NCBI GenBank assembly: GCA_016839555.1
Contig: JAEOUA010000011.1
Span: 247,905 to 311,904 of the forward strand
Origin: Promethearchaeota archaeon
Lineage (GTDB): Archaea > Asgardarchaeota > Lokiarchaeia > Sigyniarchaeales > SOKP01
Direction: 5' to 3'
DNA: 64,000 bases
Part shown: positions 41,259 to 52,794 of the stretch, piece after piece
Numbering within the stretch: position 1 is the first letter of the stretch
How the letters are laid out: each line of letters opens with the position of its first letter
Notes under the pieces: generated by a model
Database searches by the model: none
What the model was told of the DNA's origin: nothing
What the model saw: only the letters and a program-made list of their open reading frames with translations
Translations under genes and position numbers: made by a program

Positions 41259-42233
41259 TTATATCTCTTTCTTAAAGAGACAAATAAAAAAGCCTATGGA
41301 ATCATGGATATGGGGAAAAAACCTTTGAGAGAATTTCAATTCCTTTCTTAAAGTTTTTCCAAATATTTTTGAATATCCTGGAAGACCATAATTCTTTTCA
41401 ATTTGAATAATTTTAATATTAGATGTCTTATCAAGAACTTCATTAATTACAAATTCATTTTCTTCCGGAGCTATTGAGCATGTACTATAAAGCAATAAGC
41501 CATTCTTTTTCAATGAATTTAATCCGGAAAATAACAGTTCTTTTTGAATTTCTGCCATTTTTTGTATATCTTGAATAGATTTACTATTTTTTCTACTTGG
41601 ATCTTGTCGTATTAATCCCTCTCCAGTACAAGGGGCATCTAACAAGATTTTGTCCGCTTTAAAATCCAAGGTTCCAAGGTTTTTAGCATCAAAATTGAGG
41701 ATAATTGAATTATGTATGCCCATTCTATATAAATTTGTTTTAAGAGCGGGAATTCTTTTTTTATTTCTCTCTATAAGGAGCAAAGTTCCTTTATTCTCCA
41801 TTAATTGAGCAAGATGAGTTGATTTTCCTCCTGGAGCAGCGCACATATCAATAACAAATTCATTGGATGTTGGATTTAAAATATGAGCTGGAAGCATTGA
41901 AGCAATATTTTGTATGTAATAATATCCTTGGAGATATTCATGAAGAGACCCTACATTAGAAATTTCTTTTTCTATTTTGAAAGCATATGGAATCCATTCA
42001 CTCTTTTTTAAAATAAATCCTTTTTCTTTTAATCTTTTATAAATTTCATCTGGAATAATTTTAAGAGTATTAGCTCTAATCCATAGATTAAGCGGCTTTT
42101 CATTCGCTTCTAAAAGCTTTATAGTCTCATCAATACCTAAAAATTCCAAATATCTATCAATAATATAAGGTAAATAACCATATTTTTTTGCTAGCTTCTT
42201 AGCTTCTTTAATCTTATTGGTAATAAACGGCAA
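41259..42233 (-). CDS. Nop2/RsmF-family RNA m5C methyltransferase
   Basis: DMCAAPGGKS, ILLDAPCTGEG, YSTCS..PEENE. Confidence 0.93.
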   Translation of the reverse strand: MPFITNKIKEAKKLAKKYGYLPYIIDRYLEFLGIDETIKLLEANEKPLNLWIRANTLKIIPDEIYKRLKEKGFILKKSEWIPYAFKIEKEISNVGSLHEYLQGYYYIQNIASMLPAHILNPTSNEFVIDMCAAPGGKSTHLAQLMENKGTLLLIERNKKRIPALKTNLYRMGIHNSIILNFDAKNLGTLDFKADKILLDAPCTGEGLIRQDPSRKNSKSIQDIQKMAEIQKELLFSGLNSLKKNGLLLYSTCSIAPEENEFVINEVLDKTSNIKIIQIEKNYGLPGYSKIFGKTLRKELKFSQRFFPHIHDSIGFFICLFKKEI

Positions 42234-42308
42234 CTCAATAATATATTTATTTCTATAATTATTTCTTAAGATATATAATTCACGTAAAAATAAATATTCA
42301 ATAATAAA

Positions 42309-42932
42309 GTGAATAAATTGATTGAAGTAGAAGTAAAAGTTTCTATTTCAGATCCAGACTATTACCGAAAAAAATTTATAAAACATGATGGCATTTATCA
42401 AGTTTCCTTTCTACATGAGGACACTTATTATAATATGCCCGAAGGACTTAGAGATTTTAAAGCTACTGATGAAGCATTACGCATTAGAAAATCGATTGAG
42501 TACTATAAGAGTGAAAAGAAACCAAGAGGAAAACCAAAGTATTTTATTACGTATAAAGGTGCAAAATTGGACACCTCTACTAAAACAAGAAAAGAAATGG
42601 AAACACAAATTGTGAATGGAGAAATCTTAAAACGAATTTTAGAAATTTTAGGATTTAAAGAAATTTTAACTGTGAAGAAAGAACGGGATTTATATGAATT
42701 CTTTTATAAGCAAAAAAAAATTGAAGTTTTAATCGATTATATTCCCATATTAGATCAAAGTTTTATTGAAACAGAAATCCTAGCTGAAAAGGAGGAACAA
42801 ATTAAAGAATATAGAGAATTACTATTTAATTTTTTAAGTGAATTTGGGATAAAAAAGAAGAATTCCATTAGGAGATCTTATTTAGAATTAATTATAATTG
42901 AATTAATTAAAAGGGGAGAATTTTCTCTTTAG
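42309..42932 (+). CDS. cyaB: CYTH-domain protein (class IV adenylate cyclase-like)
   Basis: EVEVK, DTYY, EALRIR, TYKG, VKKER, FIETE, SYLEL. Confidence 0.85.
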   Translation: MNKLIEVEVKVSISDPDYYRKKFIKHDGIYQVSFLHEDTYYNMPEGLRDFKATDEALRIRKSIEYYKSEKKPRGKPKYFITYKGAKLDTSTKTRKEMETQIVNGEILKRILEILGFKEILTVKKERDLYEFFYKQKKIEVLIDYIPILDQSFIETEILAEKEEQIKEYRELLFNFLSEFGIKKKNSIRRSYLELIIIELIKRGEFSL

Positions 42933-42941
42933 GTTTGAACA

Positions 42942-43397
42942 ATGAATAAAGAAGAAAAAGATAGAATCATAAAAAATTATATTTCCCCGGATGCTACCGT
43001 AGAATATCTGTTAATTGAAAAAACTGATAACCAATATAAAGTAATTAATGATGATCAAGGATATCAAATGGGATTTTTCAATCTATTTTTCACAGGGACA
43101 GCTAAGAATTATGAACTTGCTACTTTCAAAAAGGAATTAACAGAAGAATTAAATTATAGTGTGAAGACTTATGATACCTTTAAAAATAACAATTTTATTT
43201 TGAAAGATTATAAATTTGGGTTTGTGGATAATGATAAAAATATTAAAGTGTTTCATGAAATGGATGGTAGGTTTTTTGAATACCTTAGAATTTCCTTGAG
43301 AAATCTCTTAATTGTTGGAAAAAATTTTGATATAGAAAATTTTAAACACCATAAGATTTTCAATCACTGGTTTGATGAATATACTAATCGTTATTGA
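42942..43397 (+). CDS. hypothetical protein
   Basis: 151-aa ORF in operon position. Confidence 0.6.
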   Translation: MNKEEKDRIIKNYISPDATVEYLLIEKTDNQYKVINDDQGYQMGFFNLFFTGTAKNYELATFKKELTEELNYSVKTYDTFKNNNFILKDYKFGFVDNDKNIKVFHEMDGRFFEYLRISLRNLLIVGKNFDIENFKHHKIFNHWFDEYTNRY

Positions 43398-43638
43398 GAT
43401 GATTAATTATTCTTAATGCTCTTTATTTTTATAAAAACTAAATTTTTATAAAGACCAAAATTCATTTTTTAAATGAATTCGGGATAACAAAAAAAGATTC
43501 AATCAGAAATCATATTTGGAATTGAGAGTCATAGATTTAATAAAAAATGGTAAATTTCACCTTTAAGTTATTCTTAATTAAATCCAAAGTTTTTAATACT
43601 TGGATTTAGCTATTAAAATTCCTTGGATATAAAAGAAA

Positions 43639-44778
43639 TTAATTTATTATATTATTTTTTACTTTTTCATGGTGGCATACTGTAATTGAATGAGTCGAGG
43701 GCGCTATTAACTTAATTTCATTCTCAACTTCTACATAGGATGCAAGAATAATCAGATTTTTTCCTATTCCCTTTAATATTACATCTTTTCGGATATGGCA
43801 ATTATCAGAGAGGATAGCTTTCTCAATTTTGGAATTTTGAGAAAAATATGACTCTTGATAAATTAAACTTTCTTTAATTTCACAATTTTGTTCAATATAT
43901 ACATCATTTCCTATAACCACATTGGGTCCGATAATACAGTCCTTATTGATAATCACATTTTCACCGATGCATACAGGAGGATTAATTTTTGCGCTGGGAT
44001 GGATATCAGCACTCTCCTTTATTAGATTTTCTTCATTAGAATCTGATTGTTTTAGTATATCCTTCATTAAAAGAATATTTCCATTCAATAATTCATAAGG
44101 CTTTCCTATATCTTTCCAAATTCCTGATATTGAATAATGGTACAGCTTCCCTGTTTGAGCAACTTTAGGAAATGTATCTTTTTCAATAGAAATCTTTTTT
44201 TTTGGTTCAATAAAGGAAAATATTTCTGGTTCTAAGATATATACCCCAGCGTTTACCGGCATTTTATCTCTATTATCCCCAGTAAGTGCGTATTTCTCTT
44301 TTTCTAAAAATTTTTCAATCTTTTGTGTTTCTTCTTTAATTATCAATACTCCGTATCTGGCAGGATTGCTAACTAAACGACTGGCAATAGTCCCTATTCC
44401 TCCATATTTATTATGTGTGGTGAGCATTTCTTTAAAATTAAAATTTAAAATAACATCTCCATTAAGCATAAAAAAATTATCATCTTTCAAAAAGGATTCC
44501 GCGAGTTTTAATGCTCCTGCGGTTCCCATAGGGCTTTGTTCGTTTGTATATTCAATTTTAACATCCCACTTCTCACCATTTTGAAAATAATTTTTTAGTT
44601 CTCTTGACATTACACTAACAGCAAGAACGATTTCCTCCACACCCGCTTTCTTTAACATTAATATTTCACGTTCAATTACTGGAGTATTTAATACTGGAAT
44701 TAGAGTTTTAGGGATAGTGCAGGTTAATGGTCTGAGCCTAGTTCCCCACCCACCAGATAAAATGATAGCGCGCGTCAT
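43639..44778 (-). CDS. NDP-sugar pyrophosphorylase (mannose-1-phosphate guanylyltransferase-like)
   Basis: LSGGWGTRLRPLT..PK, NGDV, WKDIG, C-terminal hexapeptide repeats. Confidence 0.9.
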   Translation of the reverse strand: MTRAIILSGGWGTRLRPLTCTIPKTLIPVLNTPVIEREILMLKKAGVEEIVLAVSVMSRELKNYFQNGEKWDVKIEYTNEQSPMGTAGALKLAESFLKDDNFFMLNGDVILNFNFKEMLTTHNKYGGIGTIASRLVSNPARYGVLIIKEETQKIEKFLEKEKYALTGDNRDKMPVNAGVYILEPEIFSFIEPKKKISIEKDTFPKVAQTGKLYHYSISGIWKDIGKPYELLNGNILLMKDILKQSDSNEENLIKESADIHPSAKINPPVCIGENVIINKDCIIGPNVVIGNDVYIEQNCEIKESLIYQESYFSQNSKIEKAILSDNCHIRKDVILKGIGKNLIILASYVEVENEIKLIAPSTHSITVCHHEKVKNNIIN

Positions 44779-44964
44779 TCTAAATTTATCTTCAAACCTT
44801 TAAGAAATAAAATGATTTTCTTATATTATATTTTTAATAAAATATTTATCTAAATAAAAGTTAATTAATCAAACTGATATTATATATAAAGAGTAAATAT
44901 AAGAATCTAATTCATAAAATTAATATGAATAGAAATATAAAGATAGTTAATAAGTAAAATTGGA

Positions 44965-45369
44965 TTGAAAGTTATGGTTTGTATTCACGGTCTCAATGAA
45001 GAAAATTGTCCTATATGTAGGATATCAAAATATACATATCCTAGTAAATATAAACACATCCAAAACTTAAAAAAAATAGAAAACTCTCTAAGAGAATCAT
45101 TAGTACAATATCTTAGGACTAATTTTAAGCAAAATCATAATTTAAAGGAGAATTTACCATCTAACAATTCTTTTTCGGATATAAAAATAGCAAATTCTTT
45201 TTCGAAATCACCATTAATAAATAATTTACCCGAATTTAACAACACCATGTTTGTTAAAAGGATGGAGGAAATTAAAATTAATAATCCTAATAAATACCAT
45301 CTTTCTAAAAAAATGTCTCTGGAAAAACCCGATTGGCAGTTGAAAAAAAATCAAAAAAAAGAATCCTGA
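44965..45369 (+). CDS. hypothetical protein with N-terminal CIHG...CPIC motif
   Basis: Motif seen in the ORF. Confidence 0.55.
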   Translation: MKVMVCIHGLNEENCPICRISKYTYPSKYKHIQNLKKIENSLRESLVQYLRTNFKQNHNLKENLPSNNSFSDIKIANSFSKSPLINNLPEFNNTMFVKRMEEIKINNPNKYHLSKKMSLEKPDWQLKKNQKKES

Positions 45370-45450
45370 AATTGATTGTTAATAGGAAATAATTTTTTAG
45401 TTAAGATTTTTTAAAGTATATTAAAATTTAAAAAATTACTATTTCCAAAG

Positions 45451-46095
45451 GTGATAATAATGGAGATTTTTTGGATTACTCATGCTTGTTTTAAAATAAA
45501 AACAGAAAAGGGCAAAATAATTTATACTGATCCCTATAAAATTCCTAAAGATGAAGAAAAAGCAGATATTGTTATAGTTAGTCATTCGCACTCTGATCAT
45601 ATGGATACTAAATCTATTAATAATATTTTGAAGGACGCAACCCTTATTTTAAAACCTGTTTCCATATCTCAAAAGTTAGCCAAATATAACGGGAAAGGAT
45701 TAGAGTTTGGAAAAGAGTATGAATTTAATAATATTAAGATAAAACCCGTTCCTGCCTATACCTTAATTAAAAAAACTCATCCCAAGGATAATGATTGGAT
45801 GGGATATATTATTACTTCAGACGGAATAAAAATATATCATGCTGGGGATACAGAATTAATACCTGAAATGAAAGATCTGAAATCTGAAAAGATTAAGGTT
45901 ACTTTACTCCCATGTGGAGGTACCTACACCATGGATTTTCAAGAAGCAGTTTCTGCTGCTTTAGATATCAATCCAGATATAGTGATTCCTATGCATAATT
46001 GGAATAAGGATCTGAATGAATTTAAAGAGCTTTTAAATCAGAGAAGCCCTTCTATAAAGGTAGAAATTTTGACAAATAAAACTCTGAAGATTTAA
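45451..46095 (+). CDS. metallo-beta-lactamase fold hydrolase
   Basis: SHSHSDH, YHAGDT, IPMH. Confidence 0.9.
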   Translation: MIIMEIFWITHACFKIKTEKGKIIYTDPYKIPKDEEKADIVIVSHSHSDHMDTKSINNILKDATLILKPVSISQKLAKYNGKGLEFGKEYEFNNIKIKPVPAYTLIKKTHPKDNDWMGYIITSDGIKIYHAGDTELIPEMKDLKSEKIKVTLLPCGGTYTMDFQEAVSAALDINPDIVIPMHNWNKDLNEFKELLNQRSPSIKVEILTNKTLKI

Positions 46096-46253
46096 TTCTT
46101 TTATTATGGTTTTTATTATTAATTATTTTTGAAAAAAAGAATATTAGATTAGGAAGAATCTTATTTTCTAATAGATAAAAATTATTATAAGAAATAATAA
46201 AAATAATATATCATAGTGAATATTTATACTTCATAAAAAAAGGTTGAGATAGT

Positions 46254-47978
46254 ATGGAAATTGACCAGACATTGAAGGAGGATACCCGAATAGCGTATAT
46301 CTCTATGGAAATAGGACTGGAAAGTAATATTCCCACCTATAGCGGGGGTTTAGGCGTGCTTGCAGGTGATACAGTACGCTCCGCAGCAGATTTAGAAATT
46401 CCTATGGTATGTGTCTGTTTATGCTACAGTAGCGGATATTTTTATCAGTTATTTAACGAAAAAGGAGAACAGAAGGAAAAAGAAATCGAATGGAGTTTTT
46501 TTTATGAATTTGAAAAAGTTGAGAAACCAATCACTATGAATTTGGAAGATAAAGAACTTCTGGTTTCTGCATGGCTTTATAAGGTGATAGGACAGAGTGG
46601 GCATATTATACCTGTCTTTCTTCTTACCACTGAAGTGGAAGGGAATGAAACATGGAAACAAAAATTAACAGGATCATTATATGATTCTACTTCCCGATGG
46701 AATAGGATTGCGCAGGAAATGATTTTAGGGATTGGAGGAGTGAAATTATTAAATTCACAAGGATATAATAATATTAAAACATATCATATAAATGAGGGGC
46801 ACGGGGCATTTTCTACTTTAGAATTATATGAAAATTTAGGTCAAAATATTGAAAAAGTAAAGGAAAGATGTGTCTTTACTACTCATACCCCTGTACCAGC
46901 AGGGCATGACCGTTTTCAACATGGATTGATTAAAAAAGTATTTCAAGACCGATTTCCACCAGAATTATTAAAATTGGGAAGCGAAAATGGAGAATTGAAT
47001 ATGACGCTCTTAGCACTTAACTGCTCAAGATATGTGAATGCCGTGTCGGTGAAACATGAAGATACGACAAGGGATATGTTCCCGAATTATGATATTGACT
47101 CTATTACCAATGGAGTTCATCTTCCATTTTGGGTTTCACGTCCTATCAGAAAAATTTTTGACCGAAAATGGCCTAACTGGAAGGCTCATCCAGAAGTACT
47201 TTCTAATGCTATTGAAATTGATGATTTAGAATTATTTGATGCTCATCTTGAAAATAAATTTAACCTTATTAGTTATCAAAAGGGACATTCTTGGAATTTA
47301 CTTGATGAAGAGCTCATTACGATCGGTTTTGCTCGAAGATTTGCGACTTATAAAAGGGCGATATTAATTTTCCATGATCTTGACAGATTAGGTGAGATTT
47401 GCCAAGGAGAAGTACAATTCATTTTTGCAGGAAAAGCACATCCCCAAGATCAAGCGGGAAAAGAATATATTAAAAAAGTATACGAAGCAGGAAAATATTT
47501 ATATGATAACTATGGCGTTAAGGTGGTTTTAATGGAGAATTATAATATTGACCTTGCGCACATGTTAGTTTCAGGGGTAGATGTATGGCTTAATTATCCT
47601 GAGCGATATAGAGAAGCAAGTGGAACAAGCGGAATGAAAGCTGCCTTAAATGGAGTTTTAAATTTTAGCGTATTAGATGGATGGTGGATTGAGGGATATA
47701 GAATGAAGCCCGAATCGGGATTTGCAATTGGAAAATTTCCGGAAGAATATAGAAAGGATGAAGATATAAATAGTTGGGAAAAGGATTCAAATTATATTTA
47801 TGATATTTTACAAAATGAGATAATTCCCACATATATGAATCATGATGAGTGGTTATTTAAATGCAAAAACGCTATATCGTTAGCAGCGTATTTTAACACC
47901 CATCGAATGGTGTCTGAATATGCACAAAAAGCATATTCGCTAATTAAACAAAAACCTTGGAAGTATACGGGAACTTAA
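46254..47978 (+). CDS. glgP: alpha-glucan (glycogen) phosphorylase
   Basis: YSGGLGVLAGD, HINEGH, ARRFATYKR, EASGTSGMK PLP site. Confidence 0.95.
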   Translation: MEIDQTLKEDTRIAYISMEIGLESNIPTYSGGLGVLAGDTVRSAADLEIPMVCVCLCYSSGYFYQLFNEKGEQKEKEIEWSFFYEFEKVEKPITMNLEDKELLVSAWLYKVIGQSGHIIPVFLLTTEVEGNETWKQKLTGSLYDSTSRWNRIAQEMILGIGGVKLLNSQGYNNIKTYHINEGHGAFSTLELYENLGQNIEKVKERCVFTTHTPVPAGHDRFQHGLIKKVFQDRFPPELLKLGSENGELNMTLLALNCSRYVNAVSVKHEDTTRDMFPNYDIDSITNGVHLPFWVSRPIRKIFDRKWPNWKAHPEVLSNAIEIDDLELFDAHLENKFNLISYQKGHSWNLLDEELITIGFARRFATYKRAILIFHDLDRLGEICQGEVQFIFAGKAHPQDQAGKEYIKKVYEAGKYLYDNYGVKVVLMENYNIDLAHMLVSGVDVWLNYPERYREASGTSGMKAALNGVLNFSVLDGWWIEGYRMKPESGFAIGKFPEEYRKDEDINSWEKDSNYIYDILQNEIIPTYMNHDEWLFKCKNAISLAAYFNTHRMVSEYAQKAYSLIKQKPWKYTGT

Positions 47979-48205
47979 ATAGCGATTTTTTAAATAAAAA
48001 AAGCTTATTCTAATAAATTTAAAAAAGCTTTAAAATTTTTAATTTATCTTTAATTTAATTTTATCAATATTTATGATATCTAATTTGTGTTTTAAATTAA
48101 AATTTAAATGATCTAGTTGAAATATAAGATTTTAAATAATAGATATGAATTGGATATTTTACAGAAATTAGAATCTAAAAAGCTGAAGATAGATGAAACC
48201 AACCA

Positions 48206-49528
48206 ATGAATACCCGAGATAAAATTTTTACCGGTTTTTTTAAAGATTTTTTACCGAATGAATTAAAAACTAAATATTTTGATTTTAAAGCACGTGAGTA
48301 TTCTGATAAAAAGTTTTGTAAAGATTTATTAACTCAAATAAAATTATCCTATAAACATTGTAAATATTATCACAAAAAGCTTTCTAAAAAGTTCAATTTT
48401 CTCATACCCGAGCAATTAAATATGGATGATCTGGATGCTATTCCCTATATTCCATCCAATATTTATAAAAAGTCAGGTATGATGTCCATAAAGCTTCTAA
48501 AAGTTCCACTGGAAAAAATTGCTCTTTTTTCATGTTCTTCATCAACATCAGGTAATCCCTCCATTGTTCCCCGAACAACGGAAGATTTTGATCAAATTCA
48601 ATATAATTCGATTAAAGTTTTTACAGAATTTTTTGGATGGAAAAATTTAAGAATGGGAGATAAGAAACCTCTTGTGTTTAATTTTTCTCCTGGAAGATTT
48701 TTAATGGCTATGATGGCAAGAAAAAATGTTTCAGAATTTCCTTATAAAGATAAAACACGATATTTTACTGCGTGTATGAATAAACCTTGGGAATATTTTG
48801 GGCATGAGGAATACTTAGTAAAACCAAAGTTATTAAAAACGCTAAAAGCAATGATCACCACCTTATCTATTAAGGGAGGATTTGTTTTAGATGTTACTAA
48901 AATGTTGAAAATGATTAATAAGGTTATAAATAAAGGTTCTTGGAAAAATATGAGAGTAAGCAATATTATTTTCGGTGGGAGCCCACTTTTGATGAATAAC
49001 ATGTTTGATAATAGACTATTAAAAGAAAAAACATTCTATGATCTTGATGGAATAGGATTTGTAGGTTGTGGTGGTGGAGGCTGGGAGGGAGTGAAAGGTG
49101 AAGCGAAGATGGATGCCGTTAATAAAAGCGAATTTGTTGAAAAACATGAAAGGGTTTTTAATATTAAACCGAAGTATATAGCAGATATTTATGCATTTAC
49201 AGAAGGTCCAACCCTTTTCGGAGGGCATTGGTCAAAAAAATATCAAGATTTCTTATTACATTGTCCTGATACTTCTAGAATAATTGTGCGGGACATCAAT
49301 ACATTTGAGCCAGTAAATGAAGGCGAAGATGGTCTCTTGGAAGTAATTACTCCTTATGGAGTGAACGGATCCATCAATCAAGCAGTTATTGTTGATGATA
49401 TTGTTGAATTAATCTCTAAAAATATATGTCCAGAGTGTGGATATAAGGGAAGCGTATTTAGAGTACTTGGAAGGGTAAAGAATGTCCAAGGAAAAAGTTG
49501 TTCATCACTTTTTAATTGGGTTTATTAA
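48206..49528 (+). CDS. LuxE-like acyl-protein synthetase
   Basis: SSSTSGNPS adenylation loop, GGGGWEG, DIYAFTE, C-terminal LGR...GKSCS cysteine. Confidence 0.8.
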   Translation: MNTRDKIFTGFFKDFLPNELKTKYFDFKAREYSDKKFCKDLLTQIKLSYKHCKYYHKKLSKKFNFLIPEQLNMDDLDAIPYIPSNIYKKSGMMSIKLLKVPLEKIALFSCSSSTSGNPSIVPRTTEDFDQIQYNSIKVFTEFFGWKNLRMGDKKPLVFNFSPGRFLMAMMARKNVSEFPYKDKTRYFTACMNKPWEYFGHEEYLVKPKLLKTLKAMITTLSIKGGFVLDVTKMLKMINKVINKGSWKNMRVSNIIFGGSPLLMNNMFDNRLLKEKTFYDLDGIGFVGCGGGGWEGVKGEAKMDAVNKSEFVEKHERVFNIKPKYIADIYAFTEGPTLFGGHWSKKYQDFLLHCPDTSRIIVRDINTFEPVNEGEDGLLEVITPYGVNGSINQAVIVDDIVELISKNICPECGYKGSVFRVLGRVKNVQGKSCSSLFNWVY

Positions 49529-49737
49529 GGATTAATTGAATTATTTAAGTTAATAACCCTTATAGACCACTTAGAATATTCTTTTTTTCCTATTCAATAT
49601 GGTTATTCACAAATAAGATTTTAAAAATATATTTAAGAAATAATAATATTAAGAATTAAAAGAAATAATAATAAATATTTTATAAGGAATTCAAAGTATT
49701 TATTTTTAGAATTTATTAAGGAGAGGCGAAAGATAGA

Positions 49738-51189
49738 TTGAAAATATCTTTGATAAATCCCAGCCCCTTAAAACCAAATGAAAATAGGGAGCAGAATGAA
49801 ACATTTTTTTATGTATCCTCTCCTCCCTTGGGATTATTATATCTTGCAGCTTGTTTAAAAGAGGATGGGCACAATATTTCTGTCTTAGATCAAGCTGCAG
49901 TTAATTTTAGCAATAATGATGTAATTAATTGGGTTAAAAATGAAGATCCAGATGTCGTGGGTTTTTCAGTATTATGCATCTCCTTTGAAAATGCGAAACT
50001 TATTTCTAAAGAATTAAAAATTTGGAATCCAAATTTGATAATAGTATTTGGAAATTATCTAGCAACCTTTTATCCTAAAAAAATTTTAAGTAATTATAGT
50101 TGGATTGATGTTTGTATAAGAGGTGAAGGTGAAAAATCATTTTCTGAACTAATAAACGTACTGGAAGCAAAAAAAGACCTTAGTACTGTGAAAGGTATTA
50201 CATATCGAGAGGATAAAATAATTAAAAAAAACAAAAATCGCCCTTTTATAAAAAACCTTGATGATTTACCAATTCCTGATCGAACACTAGTCCCTGATAT
50301 ATATAAAAATAGGATCGGAGGCATTGATCTTGCACCAAGAAAATTTACCACTATAGTTACTTCTCGAGGATGTCCATTTTCGTGCACTTTTTGCGGATGC
50401 TCTGCTTTTTCACATGGAATATGGAGAACGCGTTCAGTGCAAGATATATTTGAAGAAATTTATTATTTAGCTGGGCAAGGATATCGAGAAATTCTAATTG
50501 TAGATGATAATTTTACTTTAAATAAGAAAAGAGTATTTCAATTATGCAAAAAAATTGAGAAAGAAAATTTAGATGTGGTATTCATATGTGATGGAAGGGT
50601 TAATAATAGTTCTTACGATTTATTGAAATCTATGGAAAATGCTAACTTCAAAATAATAATGTATGGAATAGAAAGCAGTTCTCAAAGAATTCTAGATTAT
50701 TATAATAAGGGTATTACCCCTCAAATGAGTCTCCAAGCTACAAAAAATGCTCGAAAGGCAGGATTTAAAATCATTATCGGATCATTTATGATAGGGGCCC
50801 TCGATGAGGCATATGAAGAAGCTATCAACACTCTTAAATTTATATCAAAGCTTGACATAGATTTTCCTTATATATTATTCACACGTGCATTACCAGGAAC
50901 TCAGCTTTTTGATGATTTAGTTAAAGATAAAATTATTAAAGAAGATAAATATTGGGAAACGGGGGTTGATATTATTGATTTACCTCAAGCTAAAATGAAT
51001 CGCGATGTGATTTTTAAAATTATTGAGGATCAGTTCCATATTTTTTTCTTTAAGCCAAAATATCTAATTAGAGCATTTTTCAGGACAATTTTTAGTACTT
51101 ATAGGAGAGAGGTAATATTTAATCATTTAAATATAAAAGATATAGATCGCTTTATCAAGTTAATTAACAATCCTCCCAGTCTTTTTTAA
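49738..51189 (+). CDS. B12-binding radical SAM enzyme (copy 1)
   Basis: PPLGLLYLAA B12 domain, SRGCPFSCTFC, DDNF, GIES. Confidence 0.92.
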   Translation: MKISLINPSPLKPNENREQNETFFYVSSPPLGLLYLAACLKEDGHNISVLDQAAVNFSNNDVINWVKNEDPDVVGFSVLCISFENAKLISKELKIWNPNLIIVFGNYLATFYPKKILSNYSWIDVCIRGEGEKSFSELINVLEAKKDLSTVKGITYREDKIIKKNKNRPFIKNLDDLPIPDRTLVPDIYKNRIGGIDLAPRKFTTIVTSRGCPFSCTFCGCSAFSHGIWRTRSVQDIFEEIYYLAGQGYREILIVDDNFTLNKKRVFQLCKKIEKENLDVVFICDGRVNNSSYDLLKSMENANFKIIMYGIESSSQRILDYYNKGITPQMSLQATKNARKAGFKIIIGSFMIGALDEAYEEAINTLKFISKLDIDFPYILFTRALPGTQLFDDLVKDKIIKEDKYWETGVDIIDLPQAKMNRDVIFKIIEDQFHIFFFKPKYLIRAFFRTIFSTYRREVIFNHLNIKDIDRFIKLINNPPSLF

Positions 51190-51192
51190 TAA

Positions 51193-52743
51193 TTGTATTT
51201 AAAAAGAAAAAAAATTAAAAAGGAGAGATTAAGTTTGAAAATCGCTTTAATAAATCCTAATTTGGAAACAAGAATATATTCTCCTTGGCCCCCATTAGGT
51301 ATCCTATATCTGGGAACAATCCTAAAAGGTAATGGATTTCAAGTTAATTTATTAGATGCTGCAGCGCAAAATTATAGTAAAAAGAATATTTTGAAATGGA
51401 TAAAGAAAATAAAACCAGACATAGTAGGGATAACGATATTTTCAGTCTCTTTTTTAGTTTCAATGGAACTTGCTAAAGAAATTAAGCAATGGAATCCTAA
51501 TATAAAAATTGTGTTAGGGCATTATCATCCAACAATGCAAGCTCAAAGAATTATTCAAAAATATGGAGATCTTATAGATTATATTGTGAGGGGGGAAGGA
51601 GAATATATTTTATTAGAATTATGTAGATTTTTAGAAAAACATACAAATAATCAAAAGGATCCTGAGAATATTAAAGGTTTAACTTTTAAAAATTCCAATG
51701 GCAGAATAATTTCTACGCCAGATGCTCCATTAATTACAAATTTAGATACATTACCCTTTCCAGAGAGGAATCTACTTGATTTCGATTATAAATGGAATTT
51801 TGGGGGATTTGAATTCTCCAAATCAAAATTAACTACTATTATCTCTTCTCGAGGATGTCCATTTAATTGTTCCTATTGCGCTTGTTCAAAATTTGCAAAA
51901 AGAAGATGGCGCCCACGAAGTGCTGAAAATATTGTTGAGGAACTTCTTCTAATAGAAGAACAAGGATATACAGAAGTAAATTTTGTTGATGATAATTTCA
52001 CTCTAAGACCGAAACGAGTTATTAAGTTGTGTGAATTAATGAAAAAAGAAAAAATTGATTTAAATTGGCATACCGATGGGAGAGTAGACCAGACTTCCCA
52101 AAATATGTTATGCTGGATGAGTAAAGTAGGTTGCAGGTCAATATGGTTTGGATTTGAAAGCGCTAATCAGAGAATCCTCGATATCTATAATAAACATACA
52201 AAGGTTTCTCAATTTGACACGGCAATTCGGAAAACCAGAAAAGCGAATATTAATTTAATCGTTGGGCTTTTTATGCTTGGCGCACCCACAGAATCTTTAG
52301 ATGAAATTAAAAATACTATTACTTTTGCGGTAAATTCTGACATTGATATCCCCTTCTTTAATGTGGTTGAAATTTTCCCAGGAATAACTTTATGGGACGA
52401 TTTTATTTCAAAAGGTTTAATCCATCCTGAGGATAAAATAAAAATCCTTATAGGAAATGAAATTAGAGAAGTTGAGCGTTGGGAAACTACATCCAGAGTA
52501 ATTGATGTTTTATTATCTCCAGAAGAACAAGAAATAATGTTAGATACCTTTTTTAATGCATACAAAAGATTTTTTTCTTTCGAGCGTAAGAAATATATGA
52601 TAAAAACGGTTTTAAGAGCCCTTAAAAGTAAATTTATGCTTAATATGATGGGAAATATAATGAGTAATATAAAAGATGCTATGAATGCAATTATTACATT
52701 TCGAGAATCAAAACCTAAAGGATTTGGAATCTATGAAGATTAA
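51193..52743 (+). CDS. B12-binding radical SAM enzyme (copy 2; likely start TTG 51235)
   Basis: PPLGILYL, SRGCPFNCSYC, DDNF, GFES; AGGAG upstream of 51235. Confidence 0.92.
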   Translation: MYLKRKKIKKERLSLKIALINPNLETRIYSPWPPLGILYLGTILKGNGFQVNLLDAAAQNYSKKNILKWIKKIKPDIVGITIFSVSFLVSMELAKEIKQWNPNIKIVLGHYHPTMQAQRIIQKYGDLIDYIVRGEGEYILLELCRFLEKHTNNQKDPENIKGLTFKNSNGRIISTPDAPLITNLDTLPFPERNLLDFDYKWNFGGFEFSKSKLTTIISSRGCPFNCSYCACSKFAKRRWRPRSAENIVEELLLIEEQGYTEVNFVDDNFTLRPKRVIKLCELMKKEKIDLNWHTDGRVDQTSQNMLCWMSKVGCRSIWFGFESANQRILDIYNKHTKVSQFDTAIRKTRKANINLIVGLFMLGAPTESLDEIKNTITFAVNSDIDIPFFNVVEIFPGITLWDDFISKGLIHPEDKIKILIGNEIREVERWETTSRVIDVLLSPEEQEIMLDTFFNAYKRFFSFERKKYMIKTVLRALKSKFMLNMMGNIMSNIKDAMNAIITFRESKPKGFGIYED

Positions 52744-52794
52744 AAAAACTTAATTAAACTCTAAAAATTAATTATTAAGATATTAAAAATAAGG

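Noticed and set aside
48206-49528. Bioluminescence (lux) operon
   Set aside because: Only a LuxE-like gene is present; no luxA, luxB, luxC or luxD.
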